From positions 47,492,001-47,556,000 of the forward strand of contig OX597832.1 of NCBI GenBank assembly GCA_951406725.2: DNA of 64,000 bases, given 5' to 3'. The first letter of the stretch is position 1, and every line of letters begins with the position of its first letter. The position numbers and the translations under genes were made by a program. Under the pieces are notes generated by a model that saw only the letters and a program-made list of their open reading frames with translations, was not told where the DNA came from and did not search any database. The DNA is from Octopus vulgaris. Lineage: Eukaryota. Shown piece after piece: positions 13,394 through 27,347 of the stretch.

Positions 13394-15550
13394 TAGTAGT
13401 ACTTTGGGTTTTTATTAACCACACTTGGCATTGAGAACATCGCAGTAAAGGAATGAATGGGCGAATTTGCATTTTTTCCTGACAAACTTGATTTAATTGC
13501 AATCTTGTTTCCACACAATTGTTGAAATGATTCATTAAGCATTCAAAGATTTGTAATTTAACCTTGAAGGTAAAAGAAATTTGAGTACTTTACTCAGGTT
13601 TTTTTTTTTTTTTTTTCATTTTATAACCTTCTTTTTCATTTATAACATTTTTTCGCTATTATATTCTATAAATTATTTTAAAACAAAAATTAGGTGGGAT
13701 TAGCTTTTGTTTCAAAGTATAACGAAATTCACACCAAATATCTATCGAACAGAAACGAGGTCAACTGATTTTTGCTTTTTATTTTGTTTTTCTTTTTGGT
13801 TAGTTTTTTTGGGGTTTTTTTGATAAGATGAATGCCACGCGAGTGTGTATGCATGGGTACATATTAAGTCAGACTGTCTAATTGACCTTTTAACCTCATA
13901 TATACCGCCACCCTGCTTATTTTCAGCCGAGGTTATCTTACATTGAAAACAATGATTGTCGTTTTTTTTTCTTCTTTTTTTTTTTGTTTTGTTTACATTG
14001 GTACAAGGCCAAAAAAGGTAGAAATTTATTGTTGATTAAATCAACCTCATACTACATCTGCTTATTATTTTATCGCTTTTCTCCTACCTTCAAGGTTTTA
14101 GAATGAACGAAAAAGATGATGTACTAAAACTATATATATACATATATATATTTGGCAAAAATACGACCACCCGAAATATAACTATATATATATAGGGTGA
14201 GGGCATAAGGAGAAGTTTTTACTGCATTTTTGATTTTGGGAAACAAAATATTTGTACAAATATTCACTACCTTACAAAAACTATATCATCTAAGCAAACG
14301 ACCTTCTATATATGCATTAAAAACACTATTACATATTCAGAATTTTATTTCAGTAAACTATCGCCGTTTTCTTTGAGCATGTAAAAGGCAAATTTAGCTG
14401 GGGCAAAATGAGTCAGCCAAAATAAGGTAAATTTGCCTCATCAATTCTCCAGGATTACATTTGATAACAGATTCATACATATTAATATCCATCAAAAAGA
14501 TTAGAAATGCTACAAAAATTTAAAATATCTATGTCAAAGGATCGTAAAAAATGGCGCATGATAAGAAATTTATGAAACACGACTAAATCAAAAAAAAATC
14601 ATTGAATATTCTCTATAGTTTCTTTATGGTCTGCTGGAGTGGCTCTCCTCCTGATATATTTACGTACTATGCAGTTAAAGAGGAGAAATTACTGAAATTA
14701 GTTATTACCCATTTTAGACATCATTTTCTTTTTTTTTTTTTTGAAAATTGAAAATTATCAAATTAGACATTAGTGTGGTAAAAATTAACTTGGAATCCAA
14801 GAGAGAAACAAATGTTGATTGTTAAGCATAAAAAATATTTTATTAGCAACCTTAAATACAAACAGGTCAAATTTGAGGAAAATTTCGAAAAAACAATGTA
14901 CCTGTCACTTGACTATATTACAAACTCAACTTCGATAATGTTTATAATACTACCGGTGATTTAATCTTATGTATGCATCGCCGTGGCATTCAAGAAAATG
15001 GTTTTCATACCATTTATATATAGTCATGGACTGACGATTCAATTGGTCCCCAGTTCAGTTCGGGTACGTGGTGATGATAAGGCATAAAAATAGCTAAATA
15101 TTGGTATCCTTCACTCCTGGATGGGATCGGAGGCGAGTTGTCTTGTCCGTCTATGACTTTCAGGTGTTTTGACACCCAAAATAATGAGAGCATCGTTTTC
15201 CGGGCGCTATCTCGCAGCGAAGCGGCAAACAGACATAGTACATATATTGTGTGTGTGTGTGGTCGATAATGTTTACAGCACTTGCGGTACTTCTAATTCG
15301 TTATTGAATATAGATAGATAGACAGACAGACGTACGGACGGACAAACAGACGGATATATGGATGGATGGATGGATGGATGGATAGATAGACAGACATAGA
15401 CAGACAGACACAGACAGACAGACACATACATACATACATACATACATACATACATACATACATACATGCATGCATACATACATACATACATACATACATA
15501 CATACATACATACATACATACATACATACATACATACATACATACATACA

Positions 15551-15581
<31 letters not shown>

Positions 15582-15855
15582 GAGCATGTCTAGATACACA
15601 AGTATATGCATGAGAAGACACACAAAACATACAAATCTGTACGTATACTTACATACATGCATACATACATATATATATACATACATAAATACATTCATAC
15701 ATACGTAAGTACGAACGTACGAACATGCATACATATATGTACATATACATAAACACACACATACATACTTAGATACATACATATATACATACATACATAC
15801 ATACATACATACATACATACATACATACATACATACATACACACATACATACATT

Positions 15856-16328
15856 GTGACTTCCTTCGGTCATGAATGACCATGGAAATGCACCCAGAAA
15901 GTTACCCTCCGAGGCACAAGTTTGGGCAGCCGCCCCTCTTCATGCCACCGATGTCATCCAAGGGAAAGGCAAAGGTCGATACAGCTTGGCACCAGTGACG
16001 TCGCAGTTCATTTATTTACGTGCAAATGGCTGAGTGCTCCACAGACACATACACCCTTAACGTAGTTCCCAGGGAGATTCAGCATAACACAGAGTGTGAC
16101 AAGGCTGGCCCTTTGAAATACAGGTACAACAGAAACAGGATGAAAGAATGGGAGAAAGTTGTGGTGAAAGAGTACAGCAGGGTTCACCACCACCCCCTGC
16201 CGGAGCCTCGTGGAGCTTTTAGGTGTTTTTGCTCAATAAACACTCACAATGCCCGGTCTGGGAATCGAAACCGCGATCCTACGACCGCGAGTCCGCTGCC
16301 CTAACAACTGGGCCATTGCGCCTCCACA
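15856..16328 (-). mobile_element. SINE family C, chimeric
   Basis: Arg-like head and body joined to the tail type seen at 24420. Confidence 0.75.
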
Positions 16329-16330
16329 CA

Positions 16331-16364
<34 letters not shown>

Positions 16365-16370
16365 CATACA

Positions 16371-16406
<36 letters not shown>

Positions 16407-16612
16407 TATGCATGTGTGACTACAGACGTATACTCATTCACTCACCCATTAACTCTAACACGCATGCGTACACACATACAGAGTGAGGCAGGCAGACAGA
16501 CAGAGGTACAGTGAAAAGCACTTCAGCGCAGTGCAACCACCATCACCGAATTTGTTACGCTTTAAACTTTCAAAATATCACGGAAGACATTTTTTCTTTT
16601 ATTTTTTTATTA

Positions 16613-16655
<43 letters not shown>

Positions 16656-16658
16656 TAC

Positions 16659-17067
<409 letters not shown>

Positions 17068-17085
17068 AATTATTAGTATTATTAC

Positions 17086-17145
<60 letters not shown>

Positions 17146-17509
17146 CATCATCATTATTATTATTATTATTATCATCATTATTATTATTATTATTATTATT
17201 ATGATTTTACTATTGACACATTGACACTGAATTGGTTTTAATTGGATGAAAAACGACGTATAAGTACGTGCATTATTCATTGACAGTGTTTGAATCAAAA
17301 GATGGAGTGATAAACAAACAGAAGGCATCTGTACCTAAAATCTGTGCCACACACATTCTTCCATTTCATAGAAACGGAATAAGAATATAAGCATGTGTGT
17401 GCGTGTGTGCGTATGTGTGTGTGCTTGAGTGCGTGGGTGCGCGTGCGTGAGTGTTTATATATATATGGATATATGTATATATGTGTATATGTATAGCTAC
17501 ATATATATT

Positions 17510-17742
17510 AAGGCAGCGAGCTGGCAGAAACGTTAGCACGCCGGGCGAAATGCGTAGCCGTATTTCGTCTGCCGTTACGTTCTGAGTTCAAATTCCGCCG
17601 AGGTCAACTTTGCCTTACATCCTTTCGGGGTCGATAAATTAAGTACCAGTTTCGCACTGGTGTCGATGTAATCAAACTTAATCCGTTTGTCTGTCCTTGT
17701 TTGTCCCCTCTGTGTTTAGTCCCTTGTGGGTAGTAAAGAAAT
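17510..17742 (+). mobile_element. SINE family B monomer
   Basis: Head plus one unit ending in aagaaata. Confidence 0.88.
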
Positions 17743-17766
17743 ATATATACGTATATATGCATGTGT

Positions 17767-17935
17767 CGCAGGAATGGCTGTGTGGTAAGAAGCTTGATTC
17801 CCAACCACATGGTTCCGGTTTCAATTCCACTGCATGGAACTATGGGCAAGTGTCTTCTACTATAGCCTGCGGTCGACCGAAGCCTTGTCAGTGGATTTGA
17901 TAAACGGAAACTGAAAGAAGTCCGTCGAATATATG

Positions 17936-18002
<67 letters not shown>

Positions 18003-18185
18003 TTGTGCGTCTGTGTTTGTCCCCCCACCATCGCTTGGCAACTAAGCGGTTCGGGAAAAGAAACTGATAGAATAAGTACTACGTTTACAAAGAATAAGTC
18101 CTGCAGTCGATTTGTTCGATTAAAGGTGGTGCTGCAGCATGGCCGCAGTCAAATGACTGAAACAAGTGGAAGAATAAAAGAATAA
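17767..18185 (+). mobile_element. SINE family A
   Basis: Matches the 8922 copy, with an internal deletion. Confidence 0.85.
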
Positions 18186-18191
18186 TACATA

Positions 18192-18266
<75 letters not shown>

Positions 18267-18484
18267 GCATGTGTGGCTGGCTGTGTGGTAAACAGATTGG
18301 TTCCCAACCACATGATTCCGGGTTCAGTCCCACCGTGTGACACCTTGGCCAAGTGTCTTCTACTATTGCCTCGGGCCGACTAAAGCCTTGTGAGTGGATT
18401 TCTTAGTCGGTAACTGAAAGAAGCCCGTCGTATATATATACATACATATGTGTGTGTGTGTGTATACATACATTTAAACAAATG

Positions 18485-18525
<41 letters not shown>

Positions 18526-18614
18526 TGTGTTTACGTATATATGTAGATATAAGTATATAGTCATATGTGTGTGTGTTTGTGTCCGTATGTGAACACACAC
18601 ACACAGATAGATAC

Positions 18615-18716
<102 letters not shown>

Positions 18717-18952
18717 TAAATGTGTGGCATAGTACACTCTATTAATAAAATATGCCTGGTGATGTTTGGTCCGATGCTTGTAGGTTTACTTAAACACAAG
18801 ATGCAAGCTGTGTGGTTAAGAAGTTGGTTTCACAAACTACTGCGCGGCAGTTACAACTGGTATCTTCTACCATAGCTTCGAGTTGGCCAATATTTTGTGA
18901 ATGAAATTGATACACGAAAGCTCTTAGTATATGTATATGTCTGTATGTAACT

Positions 18953-19065
<113 letters not shown>

Positions 19066-19658
19066 TGTGTGTGCGCGTGTAAGAAAAAATCATGTCGTTA
19101 CACGGTTAGAAATATCCGATATATTCACGAAAACTTGAAATGTCTGTTGAATAAAACTTCACCAGTGGTCAGGATCATTAAGTGCATCAGGTAATTAGCT
19201 ATTTAGAAATTATCAGTCAATTGCTATGGAAACCTAACTGTGTTAGATGTAGAGAGGTACTAACAACTCAAAAGCAATCGTTTGTTCTTTTTCTTTCAAA
19301 CGGCCTATTATTATGTTTGGGTAGTAAAGCTGTGTTTTGTATACGTGCGTTTTATGCGGCGCTTTGTGGAAACGAGACAGTTTATAGGTAATGTGTATCA
19401 AAACGACGGTCCTTCAATCATGTCACTTATTAATAAAGCAGTAAATTTTATTCTAAATTGTACAGTAAACTGTACTCGAGCAAATATAGAGCAAATCGAT
19501 CGTAGTTTGTGTATGTGTGTCTGTGTGTTCATGATGTATGTGTGTGTGTGCATTTGTGTGTGTATGTGCCTGTGTGTATGTGCGTGTGTGTAAGCATGTG
19601 TCTATACGGATATGTGGATATATGTATACACACATAAAAACATATACATACGCATATG

Positions 19659-19703
<45 letters not shown>

Positions 19704-19767
19704 TGGTAAAACGGTAAGATAACAAAAGAAAGAGACCTCAATATTATGTAAACAGAGGAAATTTATC

Positions 19768-19929
19768 TATAAAATAATGTTACATTACTCAATAGTCAAG
19801 TTTCAGATGCCGAAGTGGGAATCCACAACGTCATCTCTTCGGTTATCTGGCTATTTGAAAACGCTATGAAAAAATCTTCGGCATCTGAAACTCAGAGTTT
19901 TATCTTGACTATCGAGTAATATAACATAT

Positions 19930-19938
<9 letters not shown>
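19768..19938. repeat. Inverted duplication containing split hammerhead halves
   Basis: Arms share tataaaataat..tactc.atagtcaag and tttcagatgccgaag; the family is also present at 34637-34800. Confidence 0.75.
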
Positions 19939-19993
<55 letters not shown>

Positions 19994-20028
19994 AAAAATT
20001 GTGAAGCATGACTGTCAACACTACTACA

Positions 20029-20073
20029 TGAACCCGAAGATTGCAGAATTCAATGCATGAAAGTACTAGTTCA
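20029..20073 (+). ncRNA. Hammerhead-like motif with CCGAAGA core
   Basis: tgaac-CCGAAGA-t tgca gaattcaa tgca t-GAAA-gtac-TA-gttca. Confidence 0.72.
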
Positions 20074-20202
20074 ATCAGAATGAATATTTAACATTCTACT
20101 ATTTCATTTTATTTTATTCAATTATAATATATTATCTTATAATATATCATTATAAGATTGTAAATAAAACGTGAAAATCAGACAAGGTAGGAATTCTTTT
20201 TA

Positions 20203-20281
<79 letters not shown>

Positions 20282-20460
20282 GTGCATACTCGTATTTCCT
20301 CTTATTCCTTTCTGTCGAAGAGCGTAGGCTCGAAACGTAAATGACTTTTCCATTTTTTTCCCGAGCGTCAAACTAATACACTTGCTTCCTCTTCCCACAC
20401 ATGTCTTCGTCTTTGTAGACAGTTACTGTCTATACCTCGTTCTTGAGATTTATTATTGCT

Positions 20461-20690
20461 TATTTACACTTTTTCAAGATCAGCGACGAAAAGTCACTGG
20501 AAAAAGGATATATGTATTTGCATTGGGACCCTTCCATCGAAAACCGGTGATTGTCGTGCGCTGATGACGGGTCAATACCCAGAAACTGCAGTCTGTGCGT
20601 ATCACTTAGGTTGACGAGGGAAGGATGACCTCCCTTTGCAAATACAGATAGGACACAGAAAATGTGTCAACAGCCAGCTGGAGAAGGACA
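20461..20690 (+). repeat. Hammerhead-bearing dispersed repeat (Penelope pLTR-like), copy 1
   Basis: Collinear with 60641-60870 and contains the 20547 hammerhead. Confidence 0.7.
20547..20605 (+). ncRNA. Type I hammerhead ribozyme motif
   Basis: gtgat..cgtgcg-CTGATGA-c gggt caat accc a-GAAA-ctgcag-TC-tgtgcg..atcac; predicted cleavage after GUC (20593). Confidence 0.85.
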
Positions 20691-20733
20691 GACAGACAGA
20701 CAGACAGACATACAGACAGACAGACAGACAGAC

Positions 20734-20806
<73 letters not shown>

Positions 20807-21598
20807 TCTGTACCTATATATTCATATATATATGCATATCTAACAATCTAATACAGAAGTCGGAAAACATGCAAACCAGTCTACTTCAATAAATCCACGT
20901 GCCTCACAACGACGGCCTGACATGTATCACAAGTGTTACTTCTGAGAGCATCATTACATCCTGGATAGCAATTCTGAGTGTTTCTCAGCATTAGCAATTA
21001 TGCTATTAGTTCCTGCCAAAAAAAAAGTCTTACAGGGACAACTATAACTCACGTAAAATCTATTTCCGTTGAATTCATTATTAAAACTTATGATTAACAA
21101 AGAAATCCATTCTTATTAGATTTACAAAGAAATGGGCAATATTTCAGTAGATAATTAATAAAAAAAAATGGTGGGTTCTATGAAAGAATATTCTTTTGTT
21201 GGTAAAATTAGTAACAGGGCTTCATTGTCAAAATATGTATCGAACGTAGCTTCTCAAAGAATCTACATCTCACTTCAAGTCTTTCCATGATTCGCTAAGC
21301 TCGGCTAAATTGCACTTCAAAGGAAGATATACTGCGGAGGCTTTTGCTGATGTTCGCAAGGAAACGCAGCCAGGAGCTTTGAGAAGTTACGTGTGTAAGT
21401 GTATATATGTGTGTGCGTGTGTATGTGTGTCTGTCTGTGTGTATATACATATGTGTGTGTATGTATATATATATGTGTGTGTATGTATATATATATTTGT
21501 GTGTGTGTATATATGTATATATATATATGTATATATGTGTGTGTGTATATATGTGTGTGTGTGTGTGAGTGTATACGTACACATATATATATTCCAAT

Positions 21599-21633
<35 letters not shown>

Positions 21634-22223
21634 GTGTGTGTGTATACTTGTATATGGATATGAAGACTGTATAGTTACAAATACACACACACACACACAG
21701 ACACACACACACTTAACGATTCGGCGAAGAAGCTGACAGAATATGTACCATGCTTTTAAGAAAACAAATAGGTCCTGGGGTCAATTCATTCGACTAAAAA
21801 GTTAAGGCTGTGCCCCAGCATGGCCACAGTCTAATGACTGAAACAAGTAAAAAAGACAAAAGCGATACATCTTATATATATATGTGTGTGTGTGTGTGAG
21901 TGTGTATGTATATACATATAGAAGTAAATATAGATGTGTTTGTGTGCATGTGAGAGTGTTTATGTGAGAGAGAGAGAGAGAGAGAGAGCATATGTGAGAG
22001 GATATTTGCGTGAGAAAGGGTGAACGTAGGCAAGTGTACCCTCGGTGGTAAGTCTAACCCTAAAGTATATACCCTGACCCTAAAGCTCTAACCTTAGCTG
22101 TAAACTAGATATTTTTCCAGAAAAAAAAATTGTAAAAGTGAAAAGCTGGAGATCTAGCATTTCTCTTTTTACCTCCTTTTCAAAAATGGAATTTTAAAAA
22201 TTCTTAAAGAATTATGAAGAAAA

Positions 22224-22625
22224 CGCAGGAGTGGCTGTGTGGTAAGTAGCTTGTTTACCAACCATTTGGTTCCGGGTTCAGTCCCACTGCGTGGCACCTT
22301 AGGCAAGTGTCTTCTACTATAGCCTCGGGCCGGCCAAAGCCTTGTGAGTGGATTTGGTAGACGGAAACTGAAAGAATCCTGTCGTATATATGTATATATA
22401 TGCGTGTGTGTGTGTGTGTCTGTGTTTGTCCCCCTAGCATTGCTTGACAACCGATGGTGGTGTGTTTATGTCCCCGTTACCTAGCGGTTCGGCAAAAGAG
22501 ACCGATAGAATAAGTACTGGGCTTACAAAAGAATAAGTCCTGGGGTCGAATTGCTCGATTAAAGGCGGTGCTACAGAATGGCCGCAGTCAAATGACTGAA
22601 ACAAGTAAAAGAGTAAAGAGTAAAA
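22224..22625 (+). mobile_element. SINE family A
   Basis: Full-length match. Confidence 0.9.
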
Positions 22626-24419
22626 CAATTTATACCAAATGTTGAAAAATAGAAGTGCTTGACAAATTGGTTTTCATTTCTCACAATTCTGTCAATGCAT
22701 ATTCTTCGATTTATTGATTATTTGCTTGGAAGATATATCGTTTTCTATAGTTAGGTCTAAAGGTGGTTATGTGGTTATGAATGTCACTTCGTAACCATGT
22801 AGTTTTGGGTTCAACTTCGCTGTTGCTAAGAGTAATTTAATTAATGTACCCAGCTAGAATTGTTGAAAATTAGACAATACAGTGAAATCATTCAGAACTT
22901 GTTCGTTTCGTGTTCATTGAGACGTGAAAATGAGACGATTTACTCTACAAAAATAAGGGATTTCCTACAAAATAAAATTCTTTCGGGAAGTTAAAACTAC
23001 TGACGGTACAGTGTGAGAACGGCAAAAAAAATTACATCCCTCTGTGTGTGTGTGGTTGTTGCTCCGGGCACTTTCTGAAACATAATTTCTGTGAACCCTT
23101 AAAATTTATTCGTTTACATGGTAATGATTACGTATTGAGTTTAAGGGTTTATAAATTATAGGAATATTGATAGGAATTATTATATTGTTGTTGTTGAATT
23201 TTTGGTTAAAGTGGGAGGTACGTTTATGATATATATTAATTTTTAGGTTTATGAGATTAAAATATTTAAGTATTGATTGTAGTGGGGTAAGGGAGTTTTA
23301 TTTTTCTTTAGATAAGGTGTCGATGATTTTGGTTTTATTAAGATTTTGAACGAGTAGCTTGATACAATTATCTAGTTATAAATCAGTAAAAAGGGTAAAT
23401 AATAAGGTGAGATTTTTTTTCTTTTTGTGTATTATTATTGTGTTTTGTAGTGATTGTGTTTTTTTTTAGTAGAAAATTTAATTATGTTTTACTTATTTTT
23501 TGAGATTTCATTAATTCCTACATTGTTATTGATTCTAAGTTTGTAATCGACTTACAAACTTTTTTTTTAACAAATTACAAATGTTGAATTAATTGGTCTC
23601 GGAGGAAGAACGTTGCACATTGTTGATCGAACACGTGAACCAAGAACACGTGAGTTTCACTCTTGGCTCTCAGCTTCTTTGCTGTTGTTATCTTCTTCTT
23701 CTTCTTCCAATCAGGACTCACGCCATTAACCACAAAGAATAATATCTAATTCGAGCCTACTCTAAGCTACTAAGAATGCGTGTGGCAACTTGAAGATCCA
23801 CCCACCACACGCGATAGACTGGCGGTTGCACGGGTGCGAAAGCTACGTTGTTATTCCCATTCCGTAAACGGTGGCTTTTAACGGGTGGAGAGTTGAACCA
23901 TCCTGGGGTACAGAGGATTCACAATCTAGACTAAGGTCTGAAAGTTTTACCACACCATAGTGGGTTACACCATGGTTCCTCTGCTTTGTGGCAGAAGTAG
24001 GAAGAAAGAGTGAGAGAAAGTTGTGGTGAAAGAGTACAGCGGGGTTCAGCACTACCCCGCGCCGGAGTCTCGTGGAGCTTAGGTGTTTTTGCACAATAAA
24101 CACTCATAATGCCCGGTCTGGGAATCGAAACCTTACGACCGCGAGTCCGCTGCTCTAACCACTGGGCCATTGCGCCTCCACCGCTGTTGTTGATGATGCT
24201 GATGCTGATGATTATGATTCGTTTTTGTCTTTTTTCCTCTTTTCCTTGTCTCATAGACGAAGGACTATGCCCGAAGCGTTATAGTTTGACTCTACAATAT
24301 TTCTCTTTTCCTTGTCTGAACGTCAGTCTAACAGTACTAACTATAAAGGTATCTTGAGTTTTTGTGTTTTCGTTTGTATTTTTGCTTTTTTGCCTGTGTT
24401 GCTTACATATATACATAAC

Positions 24420-24749
24420 TCGACTCCGTCGGTCACGAATGACCATGGGTGCACCTAAGAGGTTCCCCATCCAGAGTCCAAATCTGGGTGGCAAGTCGCC
24501 TCACCGGCGAACGCACAATCTAGGGTTGATTTTATGGAAGACCAGCAGTCGCCCATGCCTCCCATCTCTACGCCACCGATGTTATCCAAGGGAAAACCAA
24601 AGGCGATACAGCTTGGCACCAGTGACGTCACAACTCATTTCTACAGCTGAGTGAACTGGAGCAACACGAAATAAAGTGTCTTGCTCAAGAACACAACACC
24701 CAGCCCGGTCCGGATTCGACGCTCTAACCACTGAGCCATGCGCCTTCAC
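24420..24749 (-). mobile_element. SINE family C (tail type 4)
   Basis: tRNA-like head; shares its tail with the 15856 copy. Confidence 0.7.
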
Positions 24750-24991
24750 ATACGTACGTACATACATACATACATACATACATACATACATACATACATA
24801 CATACATACATACATACATACATACATACATACATACATACATACGTACGTACATACATACATTTGATTATGAAGATTTACAAACATACTTTCTCAGTGA
24901 AACTCAATATACCTACCATTATAGATAATACCAAATGTTCCTTTTCAGACTTTTCATAATGTGATACAGGTCTTTGGTATAGCAATTGCAT

Positions 24992-25083
24992 GCGGCTGAA
25001 GAGGGCTTTAAACCATCTGTTATGTCGATTATACATTGATGTAAGAATAAGTTGTTTTATAAAGCTTGAAACACGTGTACCGC
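24992..25083 (+). ncRNA. Type I hammerhead ribozyme motif with long stem II
   Basis: gcgg-CTGAAGA-gggcttta..taaagctt-GAAA-cacgtg-TA-ccgc. Confidence 0.8.
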
Positions 25084-25547
25084 GACATCCTTTGTATTCT
25101 GTTTTTTTTTTTATTTCATTTGATACATATATCCCCGTTACTTAGCGGTTCGGCAAAAGAGACCGATAGAATAAGTACTGGGCTTACAAAAGAATAAGTC
25201 CCGGGGTCGAGTTGCTCGATTAAAAAGGCGGTGCTCCAGCATGGCCGCAGTCAAATGACTGAAACGAGTAAAAGAAAAAAAAGAAAAGAGATATCCTCTC
25301 ACCTCTGCTACTAGCTGGCATATACAGGTGCTTACATATATCAAGTATTCACCCTGAAATTATTGTACATACATACATACATACATACATACATACATAC
25401 ATACATACATACATACATACATACATACATACCAACATTTAGGGTATTGAACTGAACACTCGACGAGACACGAAACCTGGACATCAAAATCAGAAGGTAC
25501 TGGCCACGACTAGCAACTTCAACATTACCAGTGTCACCTATAGGATT

Positions 25548-25654
25548 TATCCAGCCACAGGACCTCCGTAATGCTATGATGGATCGTGAAGTCTGGCGTA
25601 GCATGGTAAATTCCATTGTCTCGACCACGGTCGAACAATGATGAATGATGATGA
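25548..25654 (+). mobile_element. RTE-like LINE 3' end
   Basis: DLRNAMMDREVWRSMV C-terminal motif followed by a (TGA)n tail. Confidence 0.65.
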
Positions 25655-25951
25655 TAGGATTTATGTGACAGACGAAATGATAGTGGTAGAGGCATACGGT
25701 CAGTCCAACCAGCCTTAGAACACATCATTGTATCACTCAGACAACACCTGCTGAACAGTAAAGAAAAAACGAGTATATTCTATGAATACTCAAACGTAAG
25801 ATCAATAACGTATTCAGAGTTTGAGAAATAAAACTGTGCAGCTACTCTGAGAATACAGCTGTCTCGTGTGATTCAAACGAATCTGGACTGGCCTACCTAA
25901 ACAAAAGCTTGGAAGAGAAGCAAGCATCATATCAACAAATTATTATTATTA

Positions 25952-26021
<70 letters not shown>

Positions 26022-26360
26022 CATTACAAGGAAAAATGCGAGCATGGAAAGTAATATTCTTAAGATTATAAACCTGGAAAAGTACAGGACAAGTTATTAC
26101 ACCTGTAAAAGTACAGGACAAACTATTACTTCATGTAAAGTAAAGAATAAGAAACTTTTTTACTTAAAATATTGCAGCAAAGAATGCCAGTTCTTCTAAT
26201 TTATCACTCTTTACAGTTCACATCTTTTAAATTTATTGTACAAAACTGTTCAGCTAATTTGTAAGTTTGTCTAATAGTCACTTTTTTCTGTATTTAAGGT
26301 AGTAAATTAGCCAAATTCTACTTAAATAATTATAGTGTTATTTGTAAACTATAACAAAGT

Positions 26361-26773
26361 CGGCGAGCTGGCAGACTCGTTACTGCACCGGGTGAAATGC
26401 TTAGCGATATTTCGTTTGTCTTTACGTTCTGAGTTCAAATTCATCCGAGGTCGACTTGGCCTTTCATCCTTTCGGGGTCGATAAATTAAAGTACCAGTTA
26501 CGCACTGGGGTCAATGTAATCGACTTAATACCTATGTCTGTCCTTATTTGTCCCCTCTATGTTTAGCCCCTTGTGGGTAATAAAGAAATAGGTATTTCGT
26601 CTGCCGTTACGTTCTGAGTTCAAATTCCGCCGAGGTCGACTTTGCCTTTCATCCTTTCGGGGTCGATAAATAAAGTACAAGTTACGCACTGGGGTCGATG
26701 TAATCGACTTAATACCTATGTCTGTCCTTGTTTGTCCCCTATATGTTTAGCCCTTTGTGGGCATCAAAGAAAT
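26361..26773 (+). mobile_element. SINE family B dimer
   Basis: Two units with the same junction. Confidence 0.88.
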
Positions 26774-26981
26774 ATATAATAAAATATTTAAATTTTAGCT
26801 GCAATATATACTAGAATACAATTATACAATTATACTAGAATGTATAATTTTCACGTTCATATTTGAATTTTTCGCGTTTCAATTTTTCTGTGTTTTTTTC
26901 TCAATACCAAAGTTGATGGACATTTAGCGGTTACGTAAAACCGAATCAGAAAATCTCTAGTGAGACTTTTCATTTTTATAT

Positions 26982-27023
26982 GTACCCGAAGAGACCCAGA
27001 ACGGGCAGAAACATGCGTCGTGC
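26982..27023 (+). ncRNA. Hammerhead-like motif with CCGAAGA core, decayed
   Basis: gtac-CCGAAGA-ga ccc agaac ggg ca-GAAA-catgcg-TC-gtgc, followed by AATAAA. Confidence 0.6.
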
Positions 27024-27283
27024 TGAATAAAATCTTTTACTTTCCATCTATTTTATTAATACTGTTACCTCAACCGCCACTACTAAGTTCCTGCAATAAA
27101 CCTATGGGTAACAACAGGTAATCAAAACTGTGCTAGTGCTTTACTCATCATCTAGTTATACAATTTGTATAATTTCTTCATTATATATGCATATATGAAA
27201 AATAAATTTCTACCCTACAAATTTATGAAGTAACTCATCTCATTAAATCTATAATTGCTTATAACTGAACATAAAAACAAACA

Positions 27284-27347
<64 letters not shown>

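Noticed and set aside
14195-15020. Possible DNA transposon remnant
   Set aside because: No matching TIR pair or coding motif found.
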